From: a virus
Lineage: Duplodnaviria; Caudoviricetes
Direction: 5' to 3' (one strand)
Virus record (IMG/VR): IMGVR_UViG_3300017560_000159
Location: 1 to 39,938 of that record
Length of the DNA: 39,938 nt
Part shown: positions 22,408-32,793 of the stretch, piece after piece
Layout of the letters: each line of letters begins with the position of its first letter
Numbering within the stretch: the first letter of the stretch is position 1
Made by a program: the position numbers and the translations under genes
The notes under the pieces: model-generated
Told to the model about the DNA's origin: nothing
Seen by the model: only the letters and a program-made list of their open reading frames with translations
The model's database searches: none

Positions 22408-25400
22408 CTACGGGATGTAGCCCAGCGTCACCCGGTCAACCCCGTTGTTGTCATACACGATCACCTGCTGCGGAGTGATACGCATGCGTCCACCGCCAGG
22501 AAGCGGAGAGTTCAACTCGAACGTGCCAGTCTTCGAGAGACGCCAGCCGGTCACGCCCGCCACGTAGTCGTCCGACTGAATGTAGGCACCGATCATGGCG
22601 TTCGTGATGGTCCCGTTCTTGATGAACAGGCTGTTCAAAAACGCCGTGTCGTTGGCCACATCAAAGATGAAGGGCGCGTGCAGTTGGCCATTGACCGAGT
22701 TGAGAAATGCAATGGTGTCAGCCATCACAAGGAACTCGCTGCGGCTCGTACCGTCTGGGTTGATCGCGGCGCCCAGCGCCACGCCAGCCTGCACGACCCG
22801 GCCATCCGTCCGCACCTGCGTTTTCACCTGCCAGCTCGATGACAACGCGCCGTCCAGACTGGCGACGACAGAGGCCGTTTCCTCGACGGTCGCCTCCATC
22901 CCGGTCACAGACGCGGACAGCACAGTAATGCTGTCGGCGGTTGCCCGGGTCAGATCCGCCGTCACCTGCAGTTCTTGACGAATGATCGCCAGGTTGCCGG
23001 CGGTCTGAGCGGCAAGAGAGGTCGTTCGCTTTGCTTCTCGGTAATCGCCCTCGTTGATCACCGAGGTCGTCGTCACCGTCCCGACGAAGCTGTCGCCATC
23101 GTCGCCCGCGAACCACTTTTGATCGAGCACGTCGTCACCGGCCAAGTCGCCAATGATCTTGTCCAGCACGTCCTCGGTCACGCCCTCCTGAATTTCTCTG
23201 ATCACGCCTGGCGCGAACTGACCTTCCCCAAGTTGACCTTCCAAGTAGTCCAAGATGGTCTCGGGATCCTGGTTCGGCTTCCCAAACACGCCGGCGCCGG
23301 AGGATGCCGGATACCACTGCCCGGCTGTGCCGTTCTTGTCGATCAGCCGGATCCAGAACCACATCTCGGTGGAATAGCCCAGGCCGTACAGCGTGTAGGA
23401 GGTATCCGGATAGGACGCCTGGGTAACCACATAGCTGTCAAAGAAGTTGTTCGTCAGGCTCGCGCGGATCTCCGCCTTCTCAATGATGTTTGGCGTGTCC
23501 GGGTATGACCAGTTCAGACGGATCGCCATGATCTCGCCCGTCGTGACGAGCGACGTAACAACCGGAGGGCTGCCGATGATGCCTGACAGCGTGGTCAACG
23601 GCGAATAGGCCCACAGCGACGGAACATCCAGCCCGTTGATGGCGCGAACCCGCACCACGTAGTCGCCGGAATAGATGTTCAGAACCTCCGCGAGCAAGGT
23701 CCCAGTGCGCGGCAGCTGCACCCAGTCACCACTGTCCCGACGCCACTGCACGTCGTAGGAAACCGCGTTCTCCGCTGCGTCCCAAGTGATCTCGGCGTTG
23801 TGCCGGGTGGTGCCTTGGTGAAACGTCGCGAACTCGGTGATCCTGACGTTGTCCGGAGCAAGCTGGGACCGCGGCGGCACCACGCTGACCGGCAGCGGAT
23901 CCAGCCGCGCGCCGTTGTCGATAGCGTCGAACTTTCCCGGATGATGAAACACCCCAGACACGTCAAAGATCGTGCCCTCATTCCGTTCCTTCACCGAAAT
24001 GACCCGCACATACTGAGCGACGAGATCCTCCGCGTCCACGGACCAGTTGGCGTCGGGAACCGGCGCCGCCGAAAAGGCTGGGCTGACAGTGACCACCCGG
24101 TCGGATACCAGCGCCACCTGGCGCCGCTCTGCCTGGCCGCTCGGCAAAATCACGGTCAGAGTGTTGCCGGGCTGGATCGGGTGATCTCGATCCAGCGTCA
24201 CCGTCGAGGCCGAAGCTTGACGAACCAAGCCGCCGATCGGGCGTCCGGCCCTGTTCTGATCGGCGATCTGGATGATGCTCCCCGGCTGGGGAATCACACC
24301 CTCAAGGCCCACGGAGAACGACACTCCGCCGGTCTCCAGGCGCGACGTGTAGAGCTGATAAAGCCCCACGCGCTGGGCCTGCCCTCGGGAGGTACATCCG
24401 AAGGCCGTGACTTCGGTTTTGCGAATGCCGAACCGGAAAATACCGTCATCGTCATTCACCACCTCTACCTTGGCGCGGTAGAAATCGCTCGGATCGTTCC
24501 AAGAGACCAGTGCCACGGTCTTGCGCGTCGAGATGTCCGCCCCCGTGTAGTTGAATTGGGAGTCGAGAACCTTTCCGTTCGGGTAGGTGTAGACCGGATC
24601 GCTGGGCGCGTCGGCCACGGCAAGAACCTGACCATTTGCCCAGTACGCCATCCCGCGGAAGACGCTCGCCAGGTCATTGATGACCTTGAGGGCATCAGCC
24701 CGGCCCTGGATGTAGCAATTGCACGTGAACCGCGGCTCCTGCCCGCCCTGCCCATCGGACACCAACTGGTCGCAATACGCCCCGATCTGGTACAGGGCGT
24801 AGCGGTCGATCATTGACGCATCGATCCGGTCGCCCAGCCCGTACAGCTTGCTTGTGACGAGATCGTAGAAAATCCACGCCGGATTGTCGGTCCAAGCGCG
24901 CTTAAACGATCCATCCCACACGCCGGTATAAGCTCGGGTCTCCGGGTCATAGTTGCTCGGGACTCGGATGATCTGACCCTTCCAGCGATACGCCCGCGTC
25001 GGGACGCTCTGGAAATGCGCGGCATCGATCTTGATACCGACCAGCGCGGTCATGGGATATCGGAACTTGCCGTCGATCACCTCCGCAAAACTCATCACCT
25101 TCATCGCATCGGCAATGGCGGAGTTGTTCGCCTCCGCCGTCAACCTGCGCACGCGAATCGTCCAACCGGCGTTGGTGGCCGGAAGCTCTATCCGGTGCGT
25201 TCGGCTGTACCCGCCGACCGACTTCCCATCGACGGTCGTCGTCAGAACATTTTCAAAGGCGCCACTGCCGACCGCGAGGTCAATCGCATACTCAATAGCG
25301 TAGCCGACGCGATCGCCAACGTTCTTGCCCGACTCGACCCCCTTCAGTATCTGGGGCCATTGCAGCGTCACGCGCACCGCCGACAGCTCAGGGTTGGTAA

Positions 25401-25776
25401 TGAGTTGAGTCCAGGGCTGCGTGGTCTTCACATCCACACCCACCGCGGTCACATCTGCCGACGCGGGGAAGCCGGCAATGTGCTCCTGGTCCTGCGTGCC
25501 GTACCGGACCTCGACCTGTACGTTGGGAAAATTGAGCGTGCCGTTTTCGTTCTGGATGGGCGTACCGTCCAGATAAATGCACCGCAACGGCTCGCCCCGA
25601 TGCACCGGGCCGTACACCTCGCCATTGCTAATCACGTCGAGCAAGACGGCGTAGGCGGTACTGTGCAGGCTGTCCGGCTGCTCAACGGGTGTGCGGGCGC
25701 TGCCGCCTCCTTTGCCACCACCACCCGAGCCCACGATGCGCATACCGCCCTTGCGCTCAAGTAGCTGAATCGTCAT
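22408..25776 (-). CDS. Tail tip / central fibre protein (lambda J-like)
   Basis: GSGGGGKGG, WTDNPAWIFYDL, EPRFTCN, GCTSRGQA.R.G, FN3-like repeats, DUF1983-like C-terminus. Confidence 0.95.
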   Translation of the reverse strand: MTIQLLERKGGMRIVGSGGGGKGGGSARTPVEQPDSLHSTAYAVLLDVISNGEVYGPVHRGEPLRCIYLDGTPIQNENGTLNFPNVQVEVRYGTQDQEHIAGFPASADVTAVGVDVKTTQPWTQLITNPELSAVRVTLQWPQILKGVESGKNVGDRVGYAIEYAIDLAVGSGAFENVLTTTVDGKSVGGYSRTHRIELPATNAGWTIRVRRLTAEANNSAIADAMKVMSFAEVIDGKFRYPMTALVGIKIDAAHFQSVPTRAYRWKGQIIRVPSNYDPETRAYTGVWDGSFKRAWTDNPAWIFYDLVTSKLYGLGDRIDASMIDRYALYQIGAYCDQLVSDGQGGQEPRFTCNCYIQGRADALKVINDLASVFRGMAYWANGQVLAVADAPSDPVYTYPNGKVLDSQFNYTGADISTRKTVALVSWNDPSDFYRAKVEVVNDDDGIFRFGIRKTEVTAFGCTSRGQAQRVGLYQLYTSRLETGGVSFSVGLEGVIPQPGSIIQIADQNRAGRPIGGLVRQASASTVTLDRDHPIQPGNTLTVILPSGQAERRQVALVSDRVVTVSPAFSAAPVPDANWSVDAEDLVAQYVRVISVKERNEGTIFDVSGVFHHPGKFDAIDNGARLDPLPVSVVPPRSQLAPDNVRITEFATFHQGTTRHNAEITWDAAENAVSYDVQWRRDSGDWVQLPRTGTLLAEVLNIYSGDYVVRVRAINGLDVPSLWAYSPLTTLSGIIGSPPVVTSLVTTGEIMAIRLNWSYPDTPNIIEKAEIRASLTNNFFDSYVVTQASYPDTSYTLYGLGYSTEMWFWIRLIDKNGTAGQWYPASSGAGVFGKPNQDPETILDYLEGQLGEGQFAPGVIREIQEGVTEDVLDKIIGDLAGDDVLDQKWFAGDDGDSFVGTVTTTSVINEGDYREAKRTTSLAAQTAGNLAIIRQELQVTADLTRATADSITVLSASVTGMEATVEETASVVASLDGALSSSWQVKTQVRTDGRVVQAGVALGAAINPDGTSRSEFLVMADTIAFLNSVNGQLHAPFIFDVANDTAFLNSLFIKNGTITNAMIGAYIQSDDYVAGVTGWRLSKTGTFELNSPLPGGGRMRITPQQVIVYDNNGVDRVTLGYIP

Positions 25777-26435
25777 TGCTGGTCCTCTGAATACATATCG
25801 CCGGACACCGTCACGGATCCGATCGTCATCTCACCGTAGAAGACCGGGACCGGGTTTCCTTGCGCCGTGACGTTCACGGGTCCGTTGAAGTTATAGGAGG
25901 CGCCGTTGTCGGGACTGTCCACGCCAGACAAGCCGGCCTGCTGCTTCGTCAAAAGCTGCGTCACTCCGCCCAGGATCATCCCCACGCCAAGCATGAAGGC
26001 CATTTGCCCGGCGACACCCGAGAAGGCGATGGCACCGCTCGCGGCGAGCGTTGCGCCCCCGGTAAAGAATGCGGCTGCCACCAAAACCGCTCCCAGGATG
26101 AGCTGGAAAGCGCCGCCTCGACCTGAACCCTGGATCACCGGCGCAATGCGGATCTCATCATGTCCGACAGGGAAGCTCAGCTCCCCCTCGGCAATGTTCT
26201 GCTTGCCGATGAAGCAGGCATAGCCGACACCCCGATCCTTGCTCTCGTACAGGGCGGCCTGAAATCCCGGGACCATCTGGCAAAGCGCGCGGATAGCGCC
26301 GGCCGTGTCGTTGCAAACGAATCGATGGACCCGGCCGAATTTCGCGCCCAGCCAGCCGTACAGACGAATCGTCCGCACGCGATCGGGCGCAAAAAAGCCC
26401 GCCGAAGCGGGCAGTCCAATCGTTGCTGCACTCAT
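25773..26435 (-). CDS. Tail assembly protein (lambda I-like)
   Basis: IRLYG.LG.KFG, IRIAPVI.GS, SYNFNGPVN...QGNPVPVFYG. Confidence 0.92.
   Translation of the reverse strand: MSAATIGLPASAGFFAPDRVRTIRLYGWLGAKFGRVHRFVCNDTAGAIRALCQMVPGFQAALYESKDRGVGYACFIGKQNIAEGELSFPVGHDEIRIAPVIQGSGRGGAFQLILGAVLVAAAFFTGGATLAASGAIAFSGVAGQMAFMLGVGMILGGVTQLLTKQQAGLSGVDSPDNGASYNFNGPVNVTAQGNPVPVFYGEMTIGSVTVSGDMYSEDQQ
26391..26412 (-). terminator. Terminator-like hairpin inside the 5' end of the I-like gene
   Basis: GCCCGC-TTCG-GCGGGC-TTTTTT, identical to 19671-19692. Confidence 0.65.
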
Positions 26436-27205
26436 CTCGCATACCTCACTATCATTCGGGTGATGTCAGCCCAGTACCCGCCGTAGACCACCCTCTCAGA
26501 CAGCCGGGGCATGGCGTGATGCAGCATGGCGCCCGGCACGCGGTGCAACCCCGGCTGCGACTTGAGTTCGGCGTCGCCAAGAAACACGCCCCCGTGGTTT
26601 GTGCGGTCGCTCCGGTATTGCATCAGCAAGACATCGCCATACCGGGGACCGTCACTGACTTGAACGAACCCGGCCGCTTGGAAGTTGTCCAGGTAGATTT
26701 CGCCGCACTCCGGCTTTTCCCACCAGCGATCGGGGCGAACGAAGTCTGGCAACGTAATGTCCATCTCGCGCTGATAGAAGTCTCGGATCAGCCCGTAACA
26801 GTCCAAAGACCCATGATGGAAATTCCGTCCCACCAGGGGCGCCACGTATCCGCTTGGTGCGAACGACTGCCAATGCGCGATCCCCGGTGCGTCATCGCCC
26901 GCATTCTTCTTCACGCTGACGATGTGCCACGGCAGCCCCGTCGCCTCGCAACTGACCAGATCGACTTCAGTCGGCGTCGCGTCCTTGTCGATGTGCGAAT
27001 GAACAACAGCGATGACCTGGCCCTGGTCCTCTGCCGCCGCGTAATCCTCGCCCGAGATGATGAAATCTTGCCCATCCTCGGCCATGTTCCTGCAGGCAAT
27101 GAACCGCTGCTTGGCGCCGTCGGCGACGAGCAATCCGCACGCCTCGCGCGGGTAATCGCGCAAGGCATGCGCCTCGATTTTCCTTCTGATCGCTGCGCGC
27201 ATCAT
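26432..27205 (-). CDS. Tail tip assembly protein (lambda K-like; JAB plus NlpC/P60)
   Basis: YPREACG, VVHSH, DCYGLIRDFY, NHGG, MLHH. Confidence 0.93.
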   Translation of the reverse strand: MMRAAIRRKIEAHALRDYPREACGLLVADGAKQRFIACRNMAEDGQDFIISGEDYAAAEDQGQVIAVVHSHIDKDATPTEVDLVSCEATGLPWHIVSVKKNAGDDAPGIAHWQSFAPSGYVAPLVGRNFHHGSLDCYGLIRDFYQREMDITLPDFVRPDRWWEKPECGEIYLDNFQAAGFVQVSDGPRYGDVLLMQYRSDRTNHGGVFLGDAELKSQPGLHRVPGAMLHHAMPRLSERVVYGGYWADITRMIVRYAR

Positions 27206-27936
27206 CGAATCCTATCGGCGCTTGGAAAGCCGCCAAAAGAAAGGGGTTGCCACTCCCCAAACCGTCGCTTGCAGTCCGAGACACGCCCACCGCATTTGTC
27301 CAGCGACGGGTCAGAAACTGGGTTTCCATCACGATCGAACATCGCGCTGCCCGTGTATCCGCAATAGGCGCCTCGGTAGCCGCCCTCAGGCCCGTCGATG
27401 ACAAGCCAGCCGCACTTGCCAGCGATGATCTGCCGTCGCGGCAACTGAACGCCCTCGAACTGAAATGGAGAGGTCAGCACGAACGTCACGGCCTGCTTGG
27501 TCTCCAGCCGTTTCTGGGAGATGGTCCACACCTCGTCCGGCAGATGCGCCGTAGGATCCGCACTCGGGTTCCCGCCCTCGAAATTCTCCGCGTCCAAATA
27601 CTTGGTGAACGTGCGCCGGCGGATCAGCTTCGCACCGACCAGGTCGTCGAGCGCGAGACAGAGCGCCGTGACGACTCCCGGTATTGGGTTCCCGTCGTCG
27701 TCTTGCCCGATGTTGCCCACAGACACCTCGGGGAGGGGCTGCTCTCCATTGCCGGTTCGCTCGAAATTGCGACCCTCGATTGCCCAGGGAAGGTACGTTT
27801 TGCCCTGCCAGACAATCGGCCCGTCGCGGTGGTTGTGGTAGCGCTCAGTGCTGCCACCAATGCCGGTGCAGTCGATCTCAAAACCCACAAATAGGTTTCC
27901 GGCATCCAGCTTCTGTACTTCGACTGGAACTGACAT
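27202..27936 (-). CDS. Minor tail protein (lambda L-like)
   Basis: RRRT..KYLDA.NF, C.W...YRGAYCGYTG, DKCGG..SDC..RFG...FGGFP. Confidence 0.93.
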   Translation of the reverse strand: MSVPVEVQKLDAGNLFVGFEIDCTGIGGSTERYHNHRDGPIVWQGKTYLPWAIEGRNFERTGNGEQPLPEVSVGNIGQDDDGNPIPGVVTALCLALDDLVGAKLIRRRTFTKYLDAENFEGGNPSADPTAHLPDEVWTISQKRLETKQAVTFVLTSPFQFEGVQLPRRQIIAGKCGWLVIDGPEGGYRGAYCGYTGSAMFDRDGNPVSDPSLDKCGGRVSDCKRRFGEWQPLSFGGFPSADRIR

Positions 27937-27945
27937 AACCTCACC

Positions 27946-28284
27946 TCACACTGCGCCGATTTGTTGAAACGTGACGGAAACGGTGTAGACGCCTCCACCG
28001 ACAGGAACCGGGTTGTAGCCGACCGCCTCGTACACACCTTGGACGCCGAGTGGCGGGGTCCAATAGAACGCCATAACGCCAGCGTGACGGTCCAAGAAAT
28101 CCAGCATCGGCGCCAGCTCCTGCGCGCTGCCCTGGAACTGCAGGGGCCAGGACTGCATCTTGTTGTTGATGCCATCACCGACCGCCTGCCTGTATCCGTC
28201 ACCAAACTGGGCTACGGTGCGCCGGAACTTGATCTCGCCCTGCGGCGAGTTGATCGGCCGCCACGAGAATGTTTCCCTGCTCAA
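27946..28284 (-). CDS. Minor tail protein (lambda M-like)
   Basis: ETFSW, QFGDGY.Q...DGIN, FLDRH.G..AF.WTPP. Confidence 0.92.
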   Translation of the reverse strand: MSRETFSWRPINSPQGEIKFRRTVAQFGDGYRQAVGDGINNKMQSWPLQFQGSAQELAPMLDFLDRHAGVMAFYWTPPLGVQGVYEAVGYNPVPVGGGVYTVSVTFQQIGAV

Positions 28285-31097
28285 GATAGCCCTCCGTTTT
28301 GTTGGCGCCAGGCCAAGCCCCCCGGGCGGTAGCTCTGCACCTGGAACTGCTGAATGCGCTCATCCACGAACCTGCCCAGTTCGTCGCCGAACGATCGGTA
28401 CTGATCGGAAGAGGCCGACGAGCTGACGTTTCCGTCGGAGCTCACATTGACCTGGACGTTGACGACGCTTCCGCCACTGGAACCTGCAGCCGCCTGCTTC
28501 AGCGGGGTGACGTAGCCACCGTTCGCGCCGCTCATCAAGTAGGTTTCCCCACCTTCCGAGTACAGTTCCGGGCCCAACTCGTTGACGCGATAAAGTGAAT
28601 TGGCAGCAGTCGGACCTCCAGACGCTCTCGCGCCGGCTACCGAGCTCCAACCCGTCATCGTCATCCCATCAGTGCTGCCGACAGCAGCCATGCCGGTTCC
28701 CTGGTAGCCCGCGCCGGCGGTCACCCCGGCAGACGTGGCGCCGCCAATTGCGGCTCCGGCAAGGGTGGTGAAGATGCTGCCCAAGAACCCGGCAGCCGCC
28801 TGGCGCGCTGCAATGCGCGCCATATCAGCGATGACCGACGTGGCGAAGTCTTTGAAGGACAACTTGCCGGTCGTGGCGAATCGCACGATCGCGTCTTCCA
28901 TTCCCTGAAAGGCATTGGAGAACAAAGTCTTGGTCTGGCCGGCCACGTTCGCGGCGGAGTCCAGATAGTTCGCCAGCGCCGATGTTGCCCCGTTCTTCCA
29001 GTTGCCCTGCGCTTCGCGGACCTGGTCGAAATACTGCTGCTGCATCGACAGACGCAGATCCAGGTGTTCCTGCAGAAGAGCGGTCTGGCTCCGGTAGGTC
29101 TCCTGCGAGATCTGACCCGATGCCATCGAACGGTCGATCTGCGCCTGCTGGCGCTGGTAGTCCCGCAATATCGCCTGACGCGCGCGAAGCTCCTCCTGCG
29201 CGCGGTCACCCAGCCCCACCCCGGCCACCTGGTCCGCATACTGCTGCTGCTCCAGATCCCGAGTGGCGGCCAGGCTGGCGCGCAGGGCGTCAACCTTGGC
29301 GGTCTCTTGCTTGGTGCGTAGCTCCTTCTCCGCAGCCACGTTCAGATCAAGCTGGCGGCGCAGCAGGTCTTGCTGAGCGAGCAGGCTCTTTTGATCCGCC
29401 GTCAGGACCTTCTTGTCCTTCAGGTCCGCAATCTGCTGCTCGAACTCGGCACGCTTTTGCCCCCAGGTGGCCAGCTTGCCCTCACTGGTGATCTGGGCCT
29501 GCAAGGAGGCTTCAGCCTCGCGGTACTGCTGCAGGAGCTTGGTCGCCGCGTCTTCCGTGAACGCCTTGGCCGCGGGGTCCTTGTACTTGTCGTTGATCTG
29601 GTCGATCAGCTTCTTTTGCGTCTCGAGTGTCGCCCCTGTGAGCTCGGCGTCCTTCTTGACCTGGGCGATTTCGCGCTCGCGCTTCTGCCGATTTGTCTCG
29701 GTCTCCTTGGCGAGGGATGACAGGCGGGCCGCGGCCGCGATCTTTTCGGCTTCCTGCCGCTTCTGCCAGCCCACAACCGCGGCCTGGTCGGCCTGATCCT
29801 GAAGCGCTGCAGCCTCAGCGATCAGTCGATTTTGGTCCCGCTCGAGCGGTTTCGCCCGACGCCGCGCCGCACGTCCGCCATCTCCAACGAATGCCTTGGT
29901 TTCGTCGTCCTGAGGGGCCGCGTTATCGCGAAGCTGCCTCAGCTCGGCGTTGACGGTCCTTAGCTGTGCCGTGATCTGGTCGAAGGTCGGCGCCCGGCCG
30001 AAACTCTTCATGGCCTCCCACGCGCTGCTGGCCCCCTGCGTTACTGCGTTCCACGCCGTTTCAAGCGTGCCGAGGCTCTGCCGCACTTCGTCGGCCTGCT
30101 GCTTGACTGCGTCCGCATAGGTCCGCTGCGCCAGCGCAGCAGCTTCCTGCGTGCGTCCTTGGCGCTCCAGGCCGGCGATCTGCTGATAGATCTCGAGCGT
30201 CAGAAAATGCTGCTGCTCGTTCAGTGCGGCGATTGCCTCGGCCGGCTTGCCGCGGAGCGTTTCGAACTCCTGCACCGTGTCGGCAAGGGCCTTGCCCGTG
30301 GCACGGTTCATCGCGACCGCCGCCTCACCGACCGCCTCGATATTCTGTCCGGCGATCTTTCCAGAACCGGCGATCAGATTGAGCGCGTCTACCGCCTTGC
30401 CGCGAGACCCAGCCACGTCGGCGATACGCGTGGCGAGGTTCGACATGCCGGCCGCAGTTTGGCCAACCGCGTTACCTGTCAGGATCAGCGTCTTGGTGAA
30501 CTCCGGCTGCTCGCCTTTGCTCGCGACGACAGCGGAGGTAAAGAGTGCTACAGCGCCTGCTGCGACCGTCCACGGCGTTACCAATCCCAGAATCGTGCTG
30601 CCGAGCGCTCGCGCCGCCGGCACGATGCCGCCGAACATATCCTTCAACTGACCGCCCTGCTGCAGCAACACCGTAAGAGGCTGCTGGCCGCCCTGCAACG
30701 AAACCACGATGTCCGTGAGCTGCGCCGGCACGCCGCGAAGCGCTGCTGCCTGCTGTGCAGCGCTCACCCCATACTGATTCATCTGCTTGGTGGCGCCGGC
30801 TGCGGCCGCCCCCGTCGCCGACAGCTTGGTCTTGAGCTCGTCCAGAATCGACGTGGGCACACCGCGCAGGGCAGCGTTGTAAAGGATCTGCTCCTTCCGC
30901 GTCATGCCGATGGTGTTGGCCTGGTTCACCAGGGCGTCAACACGGCGGCGCTCAGCGGCTGCGAGCTTCGTATAGTCCGCCTGCGCGGACTGAGACATGT
31001 CGCTGGTACCGCGCTTGGCCGAAGCAATCGCGGCGTCGAATTGCGAGGTATCTACGACGATGTCTAGCCGCGCGGTGCCAATGCTTTCCTGTGCCAT
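28281..31097 (-). CDS. Tape measure protein
   Basis: PAQLTDIVVSLQGGQ.P..VLLQQGGQLKD; long helical protein; G.LSFKDF; RASGG...VNELGPE. Confidence 0.95.
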   Translation of the reverse strand: MAQESIGTARLDIVVDTSQFDAAIASAKRGTSDMSQSAQADYTKLAAAERRRVDALVNQANTIGMTRKEQILYNAALRGVPTSILDELKTKLSATGAAAAGATKQMNQYGVSAAQQAAALRGVPAQLTDIVVSLQGGQQPLTVLLQQGGQLKDMFGGIVPAARALGSTILGLVTPWTVAAGAVALFTSAVVASKGEQPEFTKTLILTGNAVGQTAAGMSNLATRIADVAGSRGKAVDALNLIAGSGKIAGQNIEAVGEAAVAMNRATGKALADTVQEFETLRGKPAEAIAALNEQQHFLTLEIYQQIAGLERQGRTQEAAALAQRTYADAVKQQADEVRQSLGTLETAWNAVTQGASSAWEAMKSFGRAPTFDQITAQLRTVNAELRQLRDNAAPQDDETKAFVGDGGRAARRRAKPLERDQNRLIAEAAALQDQADQAAVVGWQKRQEAEKIAAAARLSSLAKETETNRQKREREIAQVKKDAELTGATLETQKKLIDQINDKYKDPAAKAFTEDAATKLLQQYREAEASLQAQITSEGKLATWGQKRAEFEQQIADLKDKKVLTADQKSLLAQQDLLRRQLDLNVAAEKELRTKQETAKVDALRASLAATRDLEQQQYADQVAGVGLGDRAQEELRARQAILRDYQRQQAQIDRSMASGQISQETYRSQTALLQEHLDLRLSMQQQYFDQVREAQGNWKNGATSALANYLDSAANVAGQTKTLFSNAFQGMEDAIVRFATTGKLSFKDFATSVIADMARIAARQAAAGFLGSIFTTLAGAAIGGATSAGVTAGAGYQGTGMAAVGSTDGMTMTGWSSVAGARASGGPTAANSLYRVNELGPELYSEGGETYLMSGANGGYVTPLKQAAAGSSGGSVVNVQVNVSSDGNVSSSASSDQYRSFGDELGRFVDERIQQFQVQSYRPGGLAWRQQNGGLS

Positions 31098-31099
31098 GT

Positions 31100-31399
31100 T
31101 CAACTCTTATGGAAGATTTCCAGGGCCGCCCGCTCGATGATCCGGAGAACGTCCATGATTTCCTGCTGCTCCGCCCTGGGAAGCTCTTGACGGTCCAGGT
31201 CGTGATACAGGACCCCGTAATCCAGCCCTATCGGCCCTCCCGCTCCCACACGCCACTGCGTGTAGTTGCGCGTGAACAGGTTGAACGCCGGCACGTGCTC
31301 TTGCCAGAGTTCGGCGCACGGCCGGGGAAAATCGCTGAGCTTTAACCCGGCCATCGCTAACGTTGCGGCTGATGGCGGCTCCCAAAGGAACGCCGCCAC
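31100..31399 (-). CDS. Tail assembly chaperone, frameshifted (T-like) part
   Basis: TQWRVG.GG.IGLDY...LRIIE..AL; in the -1 frame of the upstream chaperone. Confidence 0.85.
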   Translation of the reverse strand: MAAFLWEPPSAATLAMAGLKLSDFPRPCAELWQEHVPAFNLFTRNYTQWRVGAGGPIGLDYGVLYHDLDRQELPRAEQQEIMDVLRIIERAALEIFHKS

Positions 31400-31407
31400 A
31401 GCCTCGG

Positions 31408-31719
31408 TCAGTTTTTTTTGCGCTCGACCCGGATTGCGTCGTTGAAAGCGCTCGCGATTGCCAGATCGGCGCCGGGCTGATGCTCGCAGAGCAAGTCAAT
31501 CGACTCCTTGCTCACGGCCATGTCGGCGTCCCACTTTTCGATCAGCAGGAGCAACAGGTCGGCGGTCGAAATTTCATCGGCCGCCAACTGCTTCATCAAC
31601 GCGTCGTACTCCTTGCCGGTCATGTGGCGGTACGTGACGTTCAGTTGCTGCTCGCGCCCCTGGCCGACGATGGTAATGCTGGCGTCGATGGTCGGGTTGG
31701 CTTTGATCTTGAACGTCAT
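31408..31719 (-). CDS. Tail assembly chaperone (G-like)
   Basis: Start MTFKIKANPT; ends R.KKN over slippery A-AAA-AAC. Confidence 0.85.
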   Translation of the reverse strand: MTFKIKANPTIDASITIVGQGREQQLNVTYRHMTGKEYDALMKQLAADEISTADLLLLLIEKWDADMAVSKESIDLLCEHQPGADLAIASAFNDAIRVERKKN

Positions 31720-32372
31720 TACGCGGCCTCGTAGCGGATGGGATCGGCGATGAGGGAGAAAACCGCCGTGTTCTGAAGGTTCTCGTTCACTTGGCCGACG
31801 GGGACCTTGTTGAACGAGGGATAGGCGTAGTAGAAGAGCGTCGAGCCGTTGGGCAGCACGCCGCGCACGACGACGGGCTCGCGCAAGCGGTCCGCCTCGA
31901 TCAACGCGGCATACCAAGGCTTGTCCGGGTCGTAGTCCAGCGAGACCGTCATGGTCATCGCGTTCTTGAAGGTCGGCTTCTGGCGCTGGCGGCTGGTCGG
32001 ATCTTCGACGTACTGATAGTTGAAGAACTGCTGGTCGCCGCCGGCCATCACCACGTCGCGCACCTGGTCCAGATCTACCCAGGAACTGACTTCCTGATAG
32101 GAGCCAGCGCCCCCGCCTGCCGGGAACAGGACGGTACTCGTGGTGTCCACGCCTTCCAGCTCGAAGCTGTCGGTGTCTGCATTGGCGCTGCGCGCCACGG
32201 TCTCGCTCAGATTGGTCCACGCCGATTTCAGAACCAGGATGGAGCCGTCTTCCGGCGGGGCGACCGCGGAGGCAACAGCCGGATTCGCATTGGAGATGGC
32301 CGAGATGGCGGCGGCCGCGGCGAGCTCCGTCGAGATGGAATACCGCGTGCCGTTGATGAAGATGGAAGACAT
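31719..32372 (-). CDS. Major tail tube protein
   Basis: NGT..SI, AISNANPAVA, GGDQQF..Y...ED...RQ.PT.K.A. Confidence 0.9.
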   Translation of the reverse strand: MSSIFINGTRYSISTELAAAAAISAISNANPAVASAVAPPEDGSILVLKSAWTNLSETVARSANADTDSFELEGVDTTSTVLFPAGGGAGSYQEVSSWVDLDQVRDVVMAGGDQQFFNYQYVEDPTSRQRQKPTFKNAMTMTVSLDYDPDKPWYAALIEADRLREPVVVRGVLPNGSTLFYYAYPSFNKVPVGQVNENLQNTAVFSLIADPIRYEAA

Positions 32373-32433
32373 TTGTGTTCCTCAAATGAAAAGCCCGGCG
32401 CGAGGCCGGGTTCGATGTAGAAGCGGGGAAAGG

Positions 32434-32793
32434 TCAGGAGGGAAGGAACCAGATACCGAAGTCCTGGCGGGTGCCATACTTCTTGATCGCCTCTTCGTAG
32501 AGGCTGGTGGGCGAGCCATACGGCTCAACAGCAGGAAAGTCGCTTTCGCACAGGGCGGTGCCGACCTGATCGGCAATGGAACTCGCCTGCGCCCGCGTAT
32601 CGGCCCAAACAAACACCTGCAAACGCTGGTGCCGCTTCTCGCGACGCTTGCGCTCGACGTACCACTGTTCTTGCCCTCCGGCGCCCTGATAGACGATCAG
32701 CGGGAATACCGGTTTGTCAGGCGTGACATCCGGATACGCGCGCCCGCCGACCAACGGCCCCAGAAGCGCCTTCAACTTGGACTCAAGGGTCAT
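32434..32793 (-). CDS. Tail terminator/completion protein (DUF3168-like)
   Basis: GRAYPD..P....P.IVYQ..GG, RLQV.VWA.TR..A. Confidence 0.85.
   Translation of the reverse strand: MTLESKLKALLGPLVGGRAYPDVTPDKPVFPLIVYQGAGGQEQWYVERKRREKRHQRLQVFVWADTRAQASSIADQVGTALCESDFPAVEPYGSPTSLYEEAIKKYGTRQDFGIWFLPS

Noticed and set aside
31408-32385. 325-aa ORF as a single gene
   Set aside because: The N-terminal part overlaps the major tail gene in another frame; the real start is MTFKIK at 31719.
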